Below, in pieces: positions 43,286 to 57,460 of a DNA stretch of 64,000 bases. The position numbers and the translations under genes were made by a program. Each line of letters opens with the position of its first letter. Position 1 is the first letter of the stretch. The notes below the pieces were generated by a model. It did no database searches and was not told where the DNA came from. It saw only the letters and a program-made list of their open reading frames with translations. Source of the DNA: the human T2T-CHM13v2.0 reference genome, Homo sapiens; assembly GCF_009914755.1 (NCBI RefSeq), contig NC_060936.1; one strand, 5' to 3'.

Positions 43286-43415
43286 GAGTGTTCTTAACTA
43301 CTGTGGGCGCTATCAAAGTTGCTAGCTTTGCCCTTTCATCCTGCCCACTTGCATTCAATTTACTCTTACCATAACAAAATACTGGTCGGCATGGGTGGAA
43401 GTAGGGGTAACTGGT

Positions 43416-43923
43416 TGTGATTGTTAATTTTAGGTGTCCACTTGACTGGGTTAAGGGGTACTTAGCTGGTAAAACATTTCTGTGAGGGGTGGGTAGCATT
43501 TTTAGAGATTAGCATTTGAATCAGTAGACTCAGTAAAAATGATCCATTCTCACTCATGTAGGCAAGCATCATCCAATATGTTGAGAGCCCAGATTGAACA
43601 AAAATGAGAAGGAAGGGTGAATTTGCTTTCTCTTTTTGAGATGTAGGGCATCCTTTTTCTCCTACCCTTGGAGATAAGAACTCCAGGTTCTTGGGCCTTC
43701 AGACTCCAGTGGTCCTACAGGTTCTCAGGCCTTTGGACTCAGATGAATTACATCACTGGCTTCCCTGGTTCTCAGCTTGCAGGTAGCATATTGTGGGACT
43801 TCTCGGTCTCTATGATTACGAGTCAATTCCTATAATAAAAACCCTCTTTACCTATCTATCTGTCTTTCTGCCAATCTGTTTGTCTATCCTATTGGTTCTA
43901 TTTCACTAGAGAACTCTAATATG
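43416..43923 (+). mobile_element. MLT2 (B/D-type) solo LTR
   Basis: 'tgtgattgttaattttaggtgtccacttgactgggttaaggg...cctattggttctatttcactagagaactctaat'. Confidence 0.88.
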
Positions 43924-44849
43924 GGTAAAATTTAAAATCAGATAATGTTATTTCTTGCTATAATTTTGGGTTGAAAGGGTACTTTACTATGATGCATATG
44001 TATTTTCTTGCCTTTAGATTTATCTGTACATTCCTTTCCCAGTTCTTCAACCCACTCCCATCATATCTTCATATCTTCTTTCTATCACTGCCTCTCTATC
44101 ACTTTCTGTCTAGGTTCAAAGTCAAGTCCATAATTAGATCAGAACTTTATGTCTCGATTTAGTGATGTGTCATCAGAAGCTCAGAATATTTCACATTTTG
44201 GGGTTAGGCACATTTAAGTGCTATCATTCACCTCCATAAATTCATGCTACATTTAATCTTCTGACTATTAGCTTTCTCCACCGTCCAACCCTACCAGCAA
44301 TTCTGCCCTAGGGCACCTAAGAGTAAGTGATTGCTATGACAAGAAGATAAGTAATTAATTAGATTGATGTTCAAAGAGTCCCCCGCAAGTTGTCAATACC
44401 CATATTTATATCATAATGCTACAATTTTGGCAGAATTATTTCCTTTTTATGAAAATCTGATGAAGCAATTTTCAGATTTCCTGACATGAATCAAAAATTT
44501 GAAAAATACAGATATAGACCCATACTCCTGTTAACTTTCCTCCACTTTGAGTAATTTTACACTTTGGGATTTTAAGTTGGGAAAGAATAATAATCAAATA
44601 TGGTTAAGAATGGGTTTTCAAACAAACTTTCTAGTCTGTTTTTGAAAAGTCAAGGCATTCTAATATAACTTCACTTATTAAAACAGTTTAGTAAGAGAGT
44701 CTAAATAAGTATTTTTAATCCTTGCTGGATTATAGCAAAATACAGAGGAAATGGTAAAAAGATTTTTCTTAATTTCTATAAAAAGTAATTTAGTAATTGG
44801 AGATGCTTCTAAAGTGCTACAGAATGTAGTATGTGTGAGGCTTTAAGTA

Positions 44850-44885
<36 letters not shown>
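44850..44885. repeat. (CT)n(CA)n microsatellite
   Basis: Read directly. Confidence 0.9.
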
Positions 44886-46672
44886 AATAGTATTACAAGA
44901 AACAATAAACACAGAATCATTCCTAAAACTACCCAGAGAGAAAATGAGTAGTGAAATTTATACTAGGTGATTGTTTTAAAATTATCCAATGAACATAAAG
45001 TCCATACCACATTTTTATATATCCAGATGTTCTAGAGGTTGATGTTTAGGATGTTGCATATAATTAGAAGTTTAGATGTCTATGGAACCCTGATAGTGTT
45101 TTTCCTGGGTGAACTAATTTTGTTATCCATAGTAAGTTGGAGAAAATAACAAAACAAAATGATAGGTGTTTTATCAGCATTATTGTTCAGAAATGCTGAT
45201 TCTTTTACTTGAAACCCGTATTGTTAAACTTTCCATTTTATGTCACTGAAAAAGGCAGATTTAATACTAACAAAAAGCTATTGTGAAAAGGCTTCCCCGG
45301 GTCCTTGACTACTGCATGAAAAAAGTTAATCAATAAAGGAAGCCTATCACAGAGGATCATAAGTTCTACAACTGATGATCCCAGGACTGTAATTGGCCTT
45401 CTTGTTTGTATTATTACTCATCAAAGCTGGATAATTACTAACACCAGCAGAAGACAGCCCCTCACTGCCCTTTGTGTAAAGGAAACTTCAGCTGGCATAT
45501 CCCTTAATGATAGTCTTTGAAATCTTATCGATGAGCGTATTCAATTCTACTTTTCAATTGTGTGGATAATATAGTATTTTAGCATTTTGGAAGTGCAAAA
45601 TTCATGAAATCATGTCTGTCCAGTATCCAGATAAAGTCACTCTGTGCCACCTGGTGAATGTCCATTTAAGAACAAGCAACAAGTTCAGGTTCTGTTCACC
45701 TCCACTTCTGGAACTAGGGCCTCTTGATAATCTTTGGCGATACTTTTAAGTGTGGGGCTTTGTTGAAGGCAAACCTGAAGGGAGACTGTGAGTAGCTTCC
45801 TTGGGATATCTACTCTGATTTTATGATCCTAGTTCAGTTGAACACAAATACATTAAGTATCAAGAAACTGCACTTGCTCCAAGAAGGTGATGGCGGTGGT
45901 AATAGTTTGGATAACCCCTCATAATCATATCATGATATCTAAAATAAATGAAGTGAACATTTTTACACCATTATACCCTACAATACAATTCAATAAACAT
46001 TATTAAATGCCTCTTGTATGAAAGGTCCAGGGATAGAAAGTCACCTTTACAAAATAAATGATTATAAACATTCTAATTATAAGAGTTCACTTTCCAAAAG
46101 CTCTGTACCATTCATTGTCCCTGTGGATCAAGCTTTTATCAATTTCTCAATGCTAGTGCTTGGATTACTTAGCTTTAAGTCATAAGTTTACTGCAGCCAT
46201 TCATTCATTCATTCAACACATTTGTTGGGTGGTTGGGATGTGTAGGCATTATACTAGTTGCTGCAACTGAAGAACTCCTGGGGTTCTTGACTATGTTAAC
46301 TGCCTTCCTTAGCCCTAGACGGATCCTTTTTCCTGACTTATACCACAGGCTTGAATCCTGACTCCTCCCCTATTGATTCAAGCTGTGATATAATTCTTGA
46401 CTGGGTGAATTATTTTACTCTGCCTGGTCTGCTGCTTGTGGCTCCTATCATCAACTCCTGGCCTTAAACCCTGATATCTGGGCTTAACTCCTGCCTTACT
46501 GGTCTCTGCCCCAGGACCTAGCTCTGGGTTCTTGGGCTTATCTTTGATTTGTGTATGGCTATTATTACTAGAGTTCTGCTGTTGCTCTCACAGATAATTT
46601 AGGGGGTCTATGCCAGTGTAACAGTGTTTCTACTGATGGCTCCAGGTCAGCATATTCTCTCAGCAAAAGAGT

Positions 46673-47170
46673 GTATCTGCTATCTACTCCCACAATATGC
46701 ACTGTAACGAGCAACCATAACACACAACCCAGTATAAAACAGTAAGCATTTACTTAGCTCATGAGTCTTTGGGTGGAGAGGAGAGTTGCATTCTGGCTCA
46801 CAAGTCACATACAAGGCAGGTTTATTGATTCTGCTGGGCTTTCTCACATGTCTGGGGCCTAGGCTTGGACGACTGGACTGAGTCAGCCTTTTTCTTTACA
46901 GTCTCTCATCTGCAAGCAGGTCAGCTGGGTTTATGTTCATGGCAGTACCAGGCTTCTAAGAAAGAGAGAAGGCAAGCAAGGATACTTGAGGCCTAGGCTC
47001 TGTACTATGACAGTGTCAGTTTCACTGACCCTTTTTGTCAAAATAAGTCACAAGGGCAGCCCAGATGCAAGGAGAGGGGAAGTAGCTACAAAAAAGTTGA
47101 AGAGTGTAGCTGCAAAGTCACAATTAGGAGTCTGGAAAACTGGGGCAACATTTGCAATCAGTCTTCCATA
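46673..47170 (-). mobile_element. MLT1G/H-type LTR
   Basis: 'aaacagtaagcatttacttagctcatgagtct...aagtcacaagggcagcccagatgcaagg...catttgcaatcagtcttccata'. Confidence 0.75.
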
Positions 47171-47277
47171 GTGAATTGGTTTCCAACCATTAAACATTGT
47201 GTTTCTCGACAGTCTTTAGCTTGGACTTGGGTAGGAGTGGGGATGTGAGCCTGAAGTATGGCAGAGAGAAGGGAGAC

Positions 47278-47641
47278 TGATATGGGTTTGGCTATGTGTC
47301 CCACCCAAATCTCATCTTGAATAGTAGCTCCCATAATTCCCATGTGTTGTGGGAGGGACCTGGTGGGAGATAATTGGATCATGGGGGTGGTTTCCCCCAT
47401 ACTGTTCTCGTGGTAGTGAATAAGTCTCATGAGATCTGATGGTTTTATAAGGGGTCTCCCCTTTTGCTTGGCTTTCATTCTCTCTTGTCTGCCACCATGT
47501 AAGATGTGCTTTTTGCCTTCTGCCATGATTATGAGGCCTCCCTAGCCATGTGGAACTGTGAGTCCATTAAACTTCTTTTTATTTATAAATTACTCAGTCT
47601 TGGTTATCTCTTTATCAGCAGCATGAAAACGGACTAATACA
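47278..47641 (+). mobile_element. THE1B-type solo LTR
   Basis: 364 bp, tgatatgg...ggactaataca; perfect TSD gagac at 47273-47277 and 47642-47646. Confidence 0.95.
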
Positions 47642-48929
47642 GAGACTAACATGATATTTTTCCATCACCCTATAGTGCAGCCCGGAGAGCTGTGAGCAGT
47701 GCCACAGGAGGAGATGACTGGTGAGTGAAATAAGCAAGATAGGAGTTGAAGTGTACATGAAGCAGAGTCCAAGCCTTCTCCTTCTGGATGTTCAGCTGGA
47801 TCATCCTGACTGCTCCCACTTTCATCTTGGCTTTCAAAGGCAAGAGGAAATTATAAGGAATATTCTGAGTGGCTTTCATCCAGGAGTTCTGTGGGACCCG
47901 CAACACCTGGATGGTAGATGCAAACAGATAAAGAATATTGGTCACCAAAAGGAGTTCTTTTCATCATAGATCTCTGAAGGTAGACACCTATTTGCAGACT
48001 TCTCAAAGGTATGTAGCATGTGGTGGTAGTGATGGTAGGATGTTTCCAATGCAGGCTATTTCACAAATTTAAAGGTATTGTTGCTTCTTGTTTAAGATGC
48101 ACACCTATTTGATTTGCCTTCAAAAATAAAATGCTTTTTTATTCTGTTGTTTCATCCTTTTAGTTACCCATACTCACTGACTTGAAAACATAGTGGGCCA
48201 AACAATATTTTCTTTTTCTAATATTTTTTAGAGACAAAATTTATCTCCAGGGAAGCATTAATACAGAAAGGTTTTGCTGAGAAGCAACATATATTTGCTC
48301 AGGTTCTTGAAGTATTATTGTTGAGTGCTGTGCACTTGTACCACATGCTTTTTAGGATAAATGAGCTTGGACTGGCTTGGCTTAGCAGTATTTTTTGGGG
48401 TGAGTTTACAATGGGTATACTCCATGTGTCCAATTCACTCTATTTAAGTATAATTTATTTCTGTTTCTTTGTAGTTTATTTATATCTGAATGCTTACTTT
48501 AACATTTGGTTAGCGTTTTATTTACTCATAAGAATGCATTAGCTACAAAGGACAATCCCTCTCTTGTCATCAGACAATTACATTTAATTATCCGTATGTG
48601 AGTAAGATGTATAAAATGATGGCATCTCAGAGTCTCCAGAGACCAGCGTCATTATTTCTCAGCTCTACTGATGCAAAAGAGATGACAGTTTATTTTCCAA
48701 CTTTATGTCTTTTTCTCCTCTATGCTGGATAATCCTCAGAAACACCTGTGACTTTTATTCAACTTTTTGACTAACAATTGTCATGGTGTCTAACACGTTT
48801 TAAGCATTGTTTGACAAAACACTTCCTGGCAATGAGTTGACAATAGGTCCTTTCTTCACTTTCTTGGCTCTTTCTCCCACCTCCGACACAGCACTGCCCC
48901 CAGGTGGGAGAAGGAAGGTGAAGCCTAGA

Positions 48930-49730
48930 AAAAGATATCACCTCATGTGACCCTATGGAACACGTCGTATTTCTGGCTGAAGAAGCTGAAGATGAAAGAT
49001 GCAAAGGCATGAAAGTGAATGACATAGTCTAAGGAAAAAGCAAGAAGTTCTGTTTGGCTAAAACACAGAATTATGGAGATAAGCCAGCATAGAGAGGGTG
49101 GATCTATGACAATCCTCTAGGATGTGAGGAGCCTTTGAAGATTGTTTAACAGAGAGTTTCAATATCTAGTGGCATTGAGGAAGAAAAAGTTAAGAGAAGA
49201 GCATTAAAGATCGGGGTGATAGTTAAAAAAAATCTGTTGCAAGAGATAGACAAGACAGGACTAAAGCAGTTACAAAGACGGGGCTTTATTTTGTTTTTCT
49301 TGTGAGACATTTTAGAGATTGTGTTGACAGAATTGGATGTTAAGGGTAAATGAGAGAGGAAGAATTAGATAATGATGTTAAATCTGACTGGGAAATGACA
49401 ATGTTACTAATGGCGCTGCTAGAAATAGGAAAAGATATGAGTTCAGTTTTAGGTGTACTAAATATGATGCAGGAAATCAAAGTTGAGGTAGTCAATTAAC
49501 TGAGAGAAGTTGCATCCTGTGTTCAGGAGAGAATTTGGGGGTAAGAGTTATAGATTTAGGAGTCATTGACATATGTGAGACTAGCTGAAGACATGAAATG
49601 AGTTAGATTGCCCAGGAAGGAGGTGTGGACTGAGAAAATAAGCATGGCAAGGATGGGAACAAACATCAAAATAGGTGGGACAAAGAAGAGAAATCAACCA
49701 AAGGAAGAGGAGAAGACAAAACAAAAGATT
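48930..49730 (-). mobile_element. L2 fragment
   Basis: 'atgagttcagttttaggtgtactaaatatgatg...gttcaggagaga...tagatttaggagtcatt'. Confidence 0.7.
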
Positions 49731-50120
49731 TTAAAGACAATTTCTGATGAAAACTTCTGCAAATTGTTTCTTTGATTTAATCTTAAAACAATATTGTATT
49801 AATAAGTACTATTATACTTATAGTACAGAATCCAAATACTTATTTGGATATATTTGCTTGCATATACAGAAGGATGGAAGCTGGGGATGGAAAAACCAGT
49901 ATTGATTATTCTCCTATTTTAAAGAGATATACCCTTCTGATCATATGGGCAAAATCCTTCCATGTGTCCAAGACCCTAATTAAAGCTAGTTTCAAGGCTC
50001 AGAGGTAGACTTCCTTGTGTTATTTGTCTCTATTTTTTTTTGTCTTCAGGCACAATTAGTTTTAATCAAATTTGGTAATTATTTATTTTTTTAGATATGT
50101 AAATGTAGTATTATCAAACA

Positions 50121-50418
50121 GGCCAGGCACGGTGGCTCACACTTGTATTCTCAGAACTTAGGGAGGCCAAGACAGGAGGATTGCTTGAGCCCAGGAATTT
50201 GAAACCAGCCTGGGCAACATGGCAAAAACCCGTCTCTACAAAAAAATACAAAAATTAGACAAGGGTGGTGGTGCACACCTGTAGTCCCAGCTACTTGGGA
50301 GGCTGAGGCGGGAGGATCACCTGAGTCAGAGAGGTCAAGGCTGCAGTCAGCCATGTTTGCACTACTGTACTCCAGCCTGGGTGACAGAGTGAAACCCTGT
50401 ATCAAAAAAAAAAAAAAA
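50121..50418 (+). mobile_element. AluJ
   Basis: 'ggaggattgcttgagcccaggaatttga', 'gaggtcaaggctgcagt'; poly(A). Confidence 0.95.
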
Positions 50419-52834
50419 TTAAATAGCACAGGAGTATTTTTTCTAAGTGAATGTTTTACTCCCTCAACTCAATTGTTTAGTCTTATTTCCCAGGAGCCCA
50501 GTGTTTGTATTTCTTCTGTATTCTCCCAGAAATATCTGTTTTCATAATTTTTACATACACATACATGTATATGCAAGAAATTCTCAAAGATCTGCACACC
50601 TGCACAATACTTCAACAACCTTAATGTTGAATTCTTTCCAAGTGTGTGCAAACCGTATTTACTGGACTTCTCTAATTCTAAATATGAAAGAGCTGGGAAG
50701 TTCCTTCTTATAATCTATGGATGTAGAGTGACCTCTTTGTAGATCGTCTTTGGCAGAAGCCCAATGTTTTTTTGCTCATATCTACTTATTTTTCAATTAC
50801 CATCAGCCCATATTTTTGTGTTATTTAATGCTCCTTTTTGCATATTCAGGGCTATATGGATGTGCTCTACTTGTTGGAGGATTGTCCATCCACTCTTCTT
50901 CCTGTACTTACCAGGACAGAACAGCCGCAACTTCTCAGACAGTTCATTCTTCTTTTCCTCACCTACTACCATCTAAGAAAGGTAAGATTGAGTATAGAGA
51001 ATTTTTTCACCAGTGAGATGCAATATGAGATCCATTAGAAAGCAGAAGAATGGATCAATGGTTTAAAAGTTTTAAGAATAAATTATTTCCCTACTCTTGG
51101 GGAATCTTGAAGAAAACTCGTTACAGTGCTTGAGACTCTAGATACCAACAAGTGGTCACTTTTTCCTTCTTATGGGAACGGATGCAGCTAATAAAGTGTG
51201 ATGACTTCCTTTTTATAATGCAAGTCTTGTTTTTGTCACCCCTTTTTGCATATCTATTTTGGGGAAGAATAAATAATATCTGTAAATCCCTTTAAAGAAA
51301 TTGTGATTGTTTGCTTGCACTTTTGATATATATAGCTCATGAAATAGGTTGTCTTTTTATATTTCAAATAAGGTAAAAGACTGAATTTGGACTTTATCAT
51401 GGGCCCAAAAGTTCTGTTCATGATAATAAAGATCCAAAATGCTGACTTGCTTTTCTTAAACAGGTACTTGATGACTGTGGCTTTAGACAAGAGTCCTTTT
51501 CTTACCACAGGGTGGGCAGCACCAGCTCATTAGAACCATTTGTGTGACTGACTGAAGACAGCTCACCTTGGAACACTGCAGGTAATACGTGGGTAGACCT
51601 TGGGCTCAGCATATCATAGAGATTCCTATCATGAAGAACAGACGGCCCAAGATGCCTCACATGTTATCAGAGTTCCCCAAATCTTGTTAACATTTAGATG
51701 TCTAGAGTAATTTTTTTTGTTGAGTTCCCTAAAGTAGACAAGATTTTCTTCATGTTTATCTCCTACTCTATAAGTACATAGCACGATGGCTTACTCTGAG
51801 GCTCACAAAGTGTTTGCAACAGTGAATTAAATGTTGAATGTGGGGCATTTACAATTCTGATTGCTTTCTTAGTCAATTTAAGATCGATGTGGCGATATAT
51901 AAGTTGCACTGCCAATTTGTCCTCAGTTTTCTCATCAGTGATGCAGGATGAATAGTACCTTTCCTTATAGAGTCATGAGTAATACTGGAATAGTTTGTTG
52001 AAGTGTTGTTAAATATACTAAGATTCCAATGAAATGTCTATGATATAAGTAGTTCCTTAGTTGCATATTGATGTTTCTCATAGACAGTCATTGTTTATTG
52101 TTTGTTTGAAAGTGGTTTGAAAATAATAGAGACTATCTTAAACCAGTGTACCATTTGATTTCTTTGTAGCAAAAATGTTTACTTGCTATGCTTCCGCTTT
52201 GCACTATAGTGAATGTGTTAGCTTCTGGAAACTGCCCTGGAAAGTTAGGTGACACAATGAATTATTTTTGGAATGGTAATTTAAGTCACTAACATCATTA
52301 CTTCTCATTTTCTTCATGCTTTTGGACACCATTGGAGGTGGGGAAGGAGTACATTACTGTAATGTGGGGGTCATATAATATGAAATAACTGAATTCGTAA
52401 CTCTTCTACCTACTTGGCAGAAAAATCAATGGGCTGCATTTTATCATTGCACATGGGGACAGTTATGTAGTGCTCTATAGATTATAAACATTTGGTGGGA
52501 CTCTAGGAAAAGCTAGAGAGGAATATCTAGATAAAAATTAATGACAAGTATACTTAGAATGTCCTGGAACAGTAAAGAATAAGAATTTCTTTTATGTCAG
52601 TGACCTAACATCTTCACTTGCCATGTCAAACCTTTTCATTTGTTTTAATCAGTGCTGACAGTGGCCTTCACTACATTACTTGAATCACATTTTTCCACAA
52701 TGTAAATGCTTCAATTTATAGTCTTTTTTGTATTAAGAACAAATAGGGCAGCCTTAAAAATCATACAGTCATAGGTGTTTGATTCATTTCTTAATTTTGT
52801 TGTTGAATTGTTTTGTGGCACTTAGGTTTAGGAT

Positions 52835-52952
52835 CTGTCTTTCCTTGAGGAAAGGACTGTGCATCCTTCATCTTTGTATCTAAGTGTCCTACACTGCACC
52901 TTGCACATTATAGACCCTCAATATTTGCTGACTAAATGCTGGACTGACTGAG
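52835..52952 (+). mobile_element. L2 3' tail
   Basis: 'ttccttgaggaaaggactgtgc...ctcaatatttgctgactaaatg'. Confidence 0.65.
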
Positions 52953-55900
52953 TATTCTTAGTGTCTTGAAAGATTTCATGCACAAAGAACGCTTGACTTT
53001 TTCCTCAGAGATTACTAGCTCATTCATTCCATCTTACGTTATGATCATTTTGCAGATAAGTAAACTGAGACTCACTAGTAATTTGCCACAGACTTTGTAA
53101 TTATACCAGGGATCAATGTTCCTAGCTATAGTGAAAAAATTCATAAATTTAAAGAGGAAACACTATGTGTACCAAAATATAGGCTGTGATAAAAAAGAGA
53201 GGAATACTGTTCACCATTTCTGATCTTGACAGAGAGGTTAGGTTTAAATCTCAGAACTAACTTCATTTTTACAGTTATTTATCATTCATTGAAAGAAGTT
53301 GCTTCGAGTTGTCATGGCATTTGGTCGTAAAGAATTAGTCCATCAGCTTTAGCTTATTAGTGCTCTCGGAAAAAAAAATGAGCCTTGTCTTTCTTTGAAT
53401 TTGTAATGCATGCATTTGTAGGACGTAAAGCTTTCCCTAGGTGCTGGCACACCAATGTACATTTTACTGAGCTGACTTACAACGTGGTCTGGTCTCTAAG
53501 AGATTGCAGCAACAAACGAAGGCATAAGTAAAATGGGAGAGCTCTGTGCTGTGCATGGTCCATCAACATTAATGAGCATTATAAATGTTCTACGAATGAA
53601 GTACAAAATGGACCTCTGAAGTTGTTTTTATTGGTATTTATTAATGGGACAATCAATCAGTTCTGTGGCACTTATAAACACGTTGAACAGATAAGGTTCC
53701 TGCCCTGAGAAGCTTAGAGTCTAATTCAAAGTTATGACAGCTATCATAATACATTTTAGTGAGCTGGGTTACTCTCCAAAGCATCATGACACCCATAGGA
53801 CAGTGGAATATGGTCCTGGTCATTGATGAGCTGGATTCATTGCTTTAGCCAAATAATATTTCAGAACCATCCCAAACACTGCTGCTCTCACCAATGGGGG
53901 TGATTATGTAGGTACTGATCACTCACGTTAAGGGAGAGGATAAAGAACTAAGACAGAATTTTGGAAAATAGAAGTAAGCAAATAAAAAAGCACACAGAGA
54001 ACTTCCAATTGCCATACTGACTCTATAAAAGCCTCCAATCTGGCATTAATCATTTCAGTCACTTATAAGCAGGTTTGTGTCTCCCTTTTCATAAGCGTCT
54101 CGCCCTGCTATAAATGACATTCTGTTTTATGAAAGTATAATGTGAAAATCTACTGATAAGCCAAATAATAAAAACTTTATAGCATGTCAGGGCTTTTTTA
54201 TTATTATTATTTAACCTCAATCAAGTTATAATACTGAACACATGTATTCTTGGCCTAAATCACCTTGTCAAGTTTAACTGTATATTCAGCTTCATTTACG
54301 TGACATACGATCTAATATTGGAGAACAACAATACCATTGTAGTGTTAATTGAAAACTCCAAACTGAGAGCCAGAAGAAACCACTGGTCTGATTGCTGAGG
54401 GTCCCAGGGAAGGGGATCTATTCCCACACCTGCAGTTGGTCCATAACACTAACATTGTTACCAACATCTGGGTCTAATCAGTCCAGAAGCCCTCATATGC
54501 TGCTCCTGGGGCACATAAATTAAGCATTACATTCATTTTAAAAGCCCCCTCTTTCAGTTTTTTAAGGACAAGATAGATAGATTCATGGCTCCACAGAGTC
54601 TAACAAAGTAGAAACCACAAACAGAGTAAGCTACTACCACAGGCCTCGTGGACTTGACTTACCAACTCTTTGCCACTTAAATAATGGAATTTTATGTTCA
54701 GCCCTGGCTATCAAAAATGTGTTTCCACCGAAAGTGAAGTTTGACTGAAAAGCTGCATTAAAAATAAAAGCAAATCCTCAGAAAGTGAGCCAATTTGTAT
54801 AAATCAGACTTTATGTAAGGATATGAGATAATATCTAACAGAGAAATATAAGCTTAGGAGTCATAATTTGCCTCATTCACTTCATAACTGGAAGGCCTCT
54901 TAGAACTGACTCTTCATAGTGTACTTTAAGAAGGTTTGCATCCAAAGGGACTATTCAGAATGAAAGTTAAAAAGTTTTAGATCTTTCAGTGGGACTTTGG
55001 ATGGCTGGTTTCTGAGGATAAAGGGTCTGCTTGACCTGGTAATTATTTTCTGCAACTGCTCTGCAAAGTGTAGCTGTTAGAATAAGTTCTGCTGCCACTC
55101 AACATGAGTGAAAACTAAATACCCTCTTATGTTTTATGCAGATGCCCTAGGTAACCAAAGAGTTCTAAAAGAGAAAGTAGCCTGTACAATTTTTGCAGCA
55201 ACGCTTATTAAAGATATAAATACAAAAGAAAACAAAATAACAGAAAAAAAAAAAACCATTGGCAGTTTTGCAAACTACTTGCTTATGTGTTTGAGACCAA
55301 TTTGTTGTAGGGGAGAATTTTTAACTTGTTTGGTTTTGGTTATTTTCTCTCTTTCTCTGTTTCTTCTTCTGTTATATTACAAGAAAAAAGAATTGCCTGT
55401 GTAGCTCAAGAGGCTGGGAAGTTAGGAAAATAATTCTGTGGGTTGATAAAGTTTGTGCTAGTTGGATAACTGTTTTATTTATTTGTTGGCTCCAATATGG
55501 CAGCTGGCCTTCAAGGATTTCATGTGCACTGGATAAATTACCTATCTAATGAGCATCTCTGAATGGTCTAACATTGGAAGATAGTAAATGAATGAGATTA
55601 ATGATCACCAAATAGAAGTGGGAAGAGGGAAGACATTGTTCCTTGGATTTATATCCAAAAATAGGATAGGCATTTTTTTCCCTTAATATTATAGAGAACA
55701 TTTGGTGATATGGTTGGTACTTCATCTCACCCAGGTACTTCATCATTGGCTCAAATTATTTTATCTAGTCATAGTCTGCATATGAATAGGCATTACCTAT
55801 AGCCTTATGAATAAAAAAAAAAAAACCTAACTGGTATGTTTATGTTTAAAAATGCAGTGGTTCATAAGGAAATAGCATTTTGCATAATAGATTTCCAGAA

Positions 55901-57119
55901 TTCTTGGGTAGAGCACAGATAAGAAAATTGATGATCCCCAAAGGTACTGCACAGTTCAGGATATGATATTCATAAAAATGGCCTGATTCACGAAGAAAGA
56001 TTCAAATAATATTCAAACTACCATTTTTTTTTTTTAAAAACAGGATATACTTTTACATTTAAAAAAATGCTCCTTACTCCACCGCCCCCAAAATCAATTT
56101 CAAAGTCAATGTTTCAATTATCTGAAGAATGCAGGGATATAAGGATGGGTAGTTCAACAAAGCCATGTACATAAGTAAAACCTGTATAGACATTTGGATT
56201 TGTCATTAGAGTGCAAGGAATAATGGAGCAAGAAGAACAGAGCATATTCTATGTGCCAGAAACTGAAGTACGCATTTTGTGGTAGGACTCATGGCTAAGG
56301 CCATTCTCTTCTTCTAAACTAGCTAGTTCACTAGCCTGTTTCTTACAATGCAGCTGTTTTGTGGAAATATTTATGTTATTAGTCTTTGATTTGGGTTAGA
56401 GAAGTTGGAGGTGTTCTCACATTCAATGTGTTGTGAATAATATATTGCACTCACATTCTACTTTTTGTGATTTATATTTTGAAGATAGCTTAAAGCTAGT
56501 TCAAGGCTACCACATCTGTTTAAAGAATAATGCACAATTTATAAAGGTATAGGGTTTCTTTCACTTGTTTAATGAGAAGTGATAGGCACAGTATGAGGCT
56601 GGGTGAATTCCCACAAGACAGACTAAAAAAGTGTTGACAATTTTCCATTTCCCAAATAATGCATGTGGTAAAACCCCACAGTATATCCGTTTAAAAGCAT
56701 CTCAATATTCAGTTTAAATGTGTTTTCAATACCTTGTTCCAGTAAGATTAGTTTTGTAATTCCAAATACTTTCAGGAAGTGAGTATGCAATTTGCTAACA
56801 GACCATTCGATGTAGACTTGAAACGCAACCTAAGTTATCAAATTTTAGTTTGTTACCTTGAGAAGTTGTAGAATACCCACAGTTGTCCAAAATCTGGATT
56901 TGTATCCATTTCTAGTGCTCCATGGTGGGGGAACCACGGGGTTATATAAAGAAAAATTTGAGAGCTACTGCACCCTTAATATCAGGGCAATCTACGTTTC
57001 CCCAGACAAAAATGAGGTTGGGTCACGAAAGGATCACAGTAACAAGGTTCAAAAGAACAATCCTCTAAATCAGCCACAACTTGAATAATTGCTGACTCCT
57101 CATATTCTTCCCAAATATT

Positions 57120-57460
57120 ATTAATAGATTCCATTAACTGAGTCTATTACACACCAAGTGCATGGTAGGTGGTCTATATGCATTATCTTATTTAATTACC
57201 ATAACAGAAAGACAAAGAGAATTAAACAACTGCAGCCCATAGAGACTAAGCAACATGCCCAAAGCCACACAACTAACAGGATTACCTGATACTTTACATA
57301 GTTCTTTTATAGGATTTGTCACAATTTGTATTTATGTATTGACATAATTATTGATTAGTGGCTCTCTCCTATCTTGTAAGGGCAGGGACTGTATCAATTT
57401 TACACCTAGAGCCTGGAACAGTGCCTAGCACATTATAGGTGCTTATTCATTTATTGTCCT
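57120..57460. mobile_element. MIR (-) and L2 (+) fragments
   Basis: 'agagactaagcaacatgcccaaagccacac'; 'agggcagggactgtatc...cagtgcctagcacat'. Confidence 0.6.
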
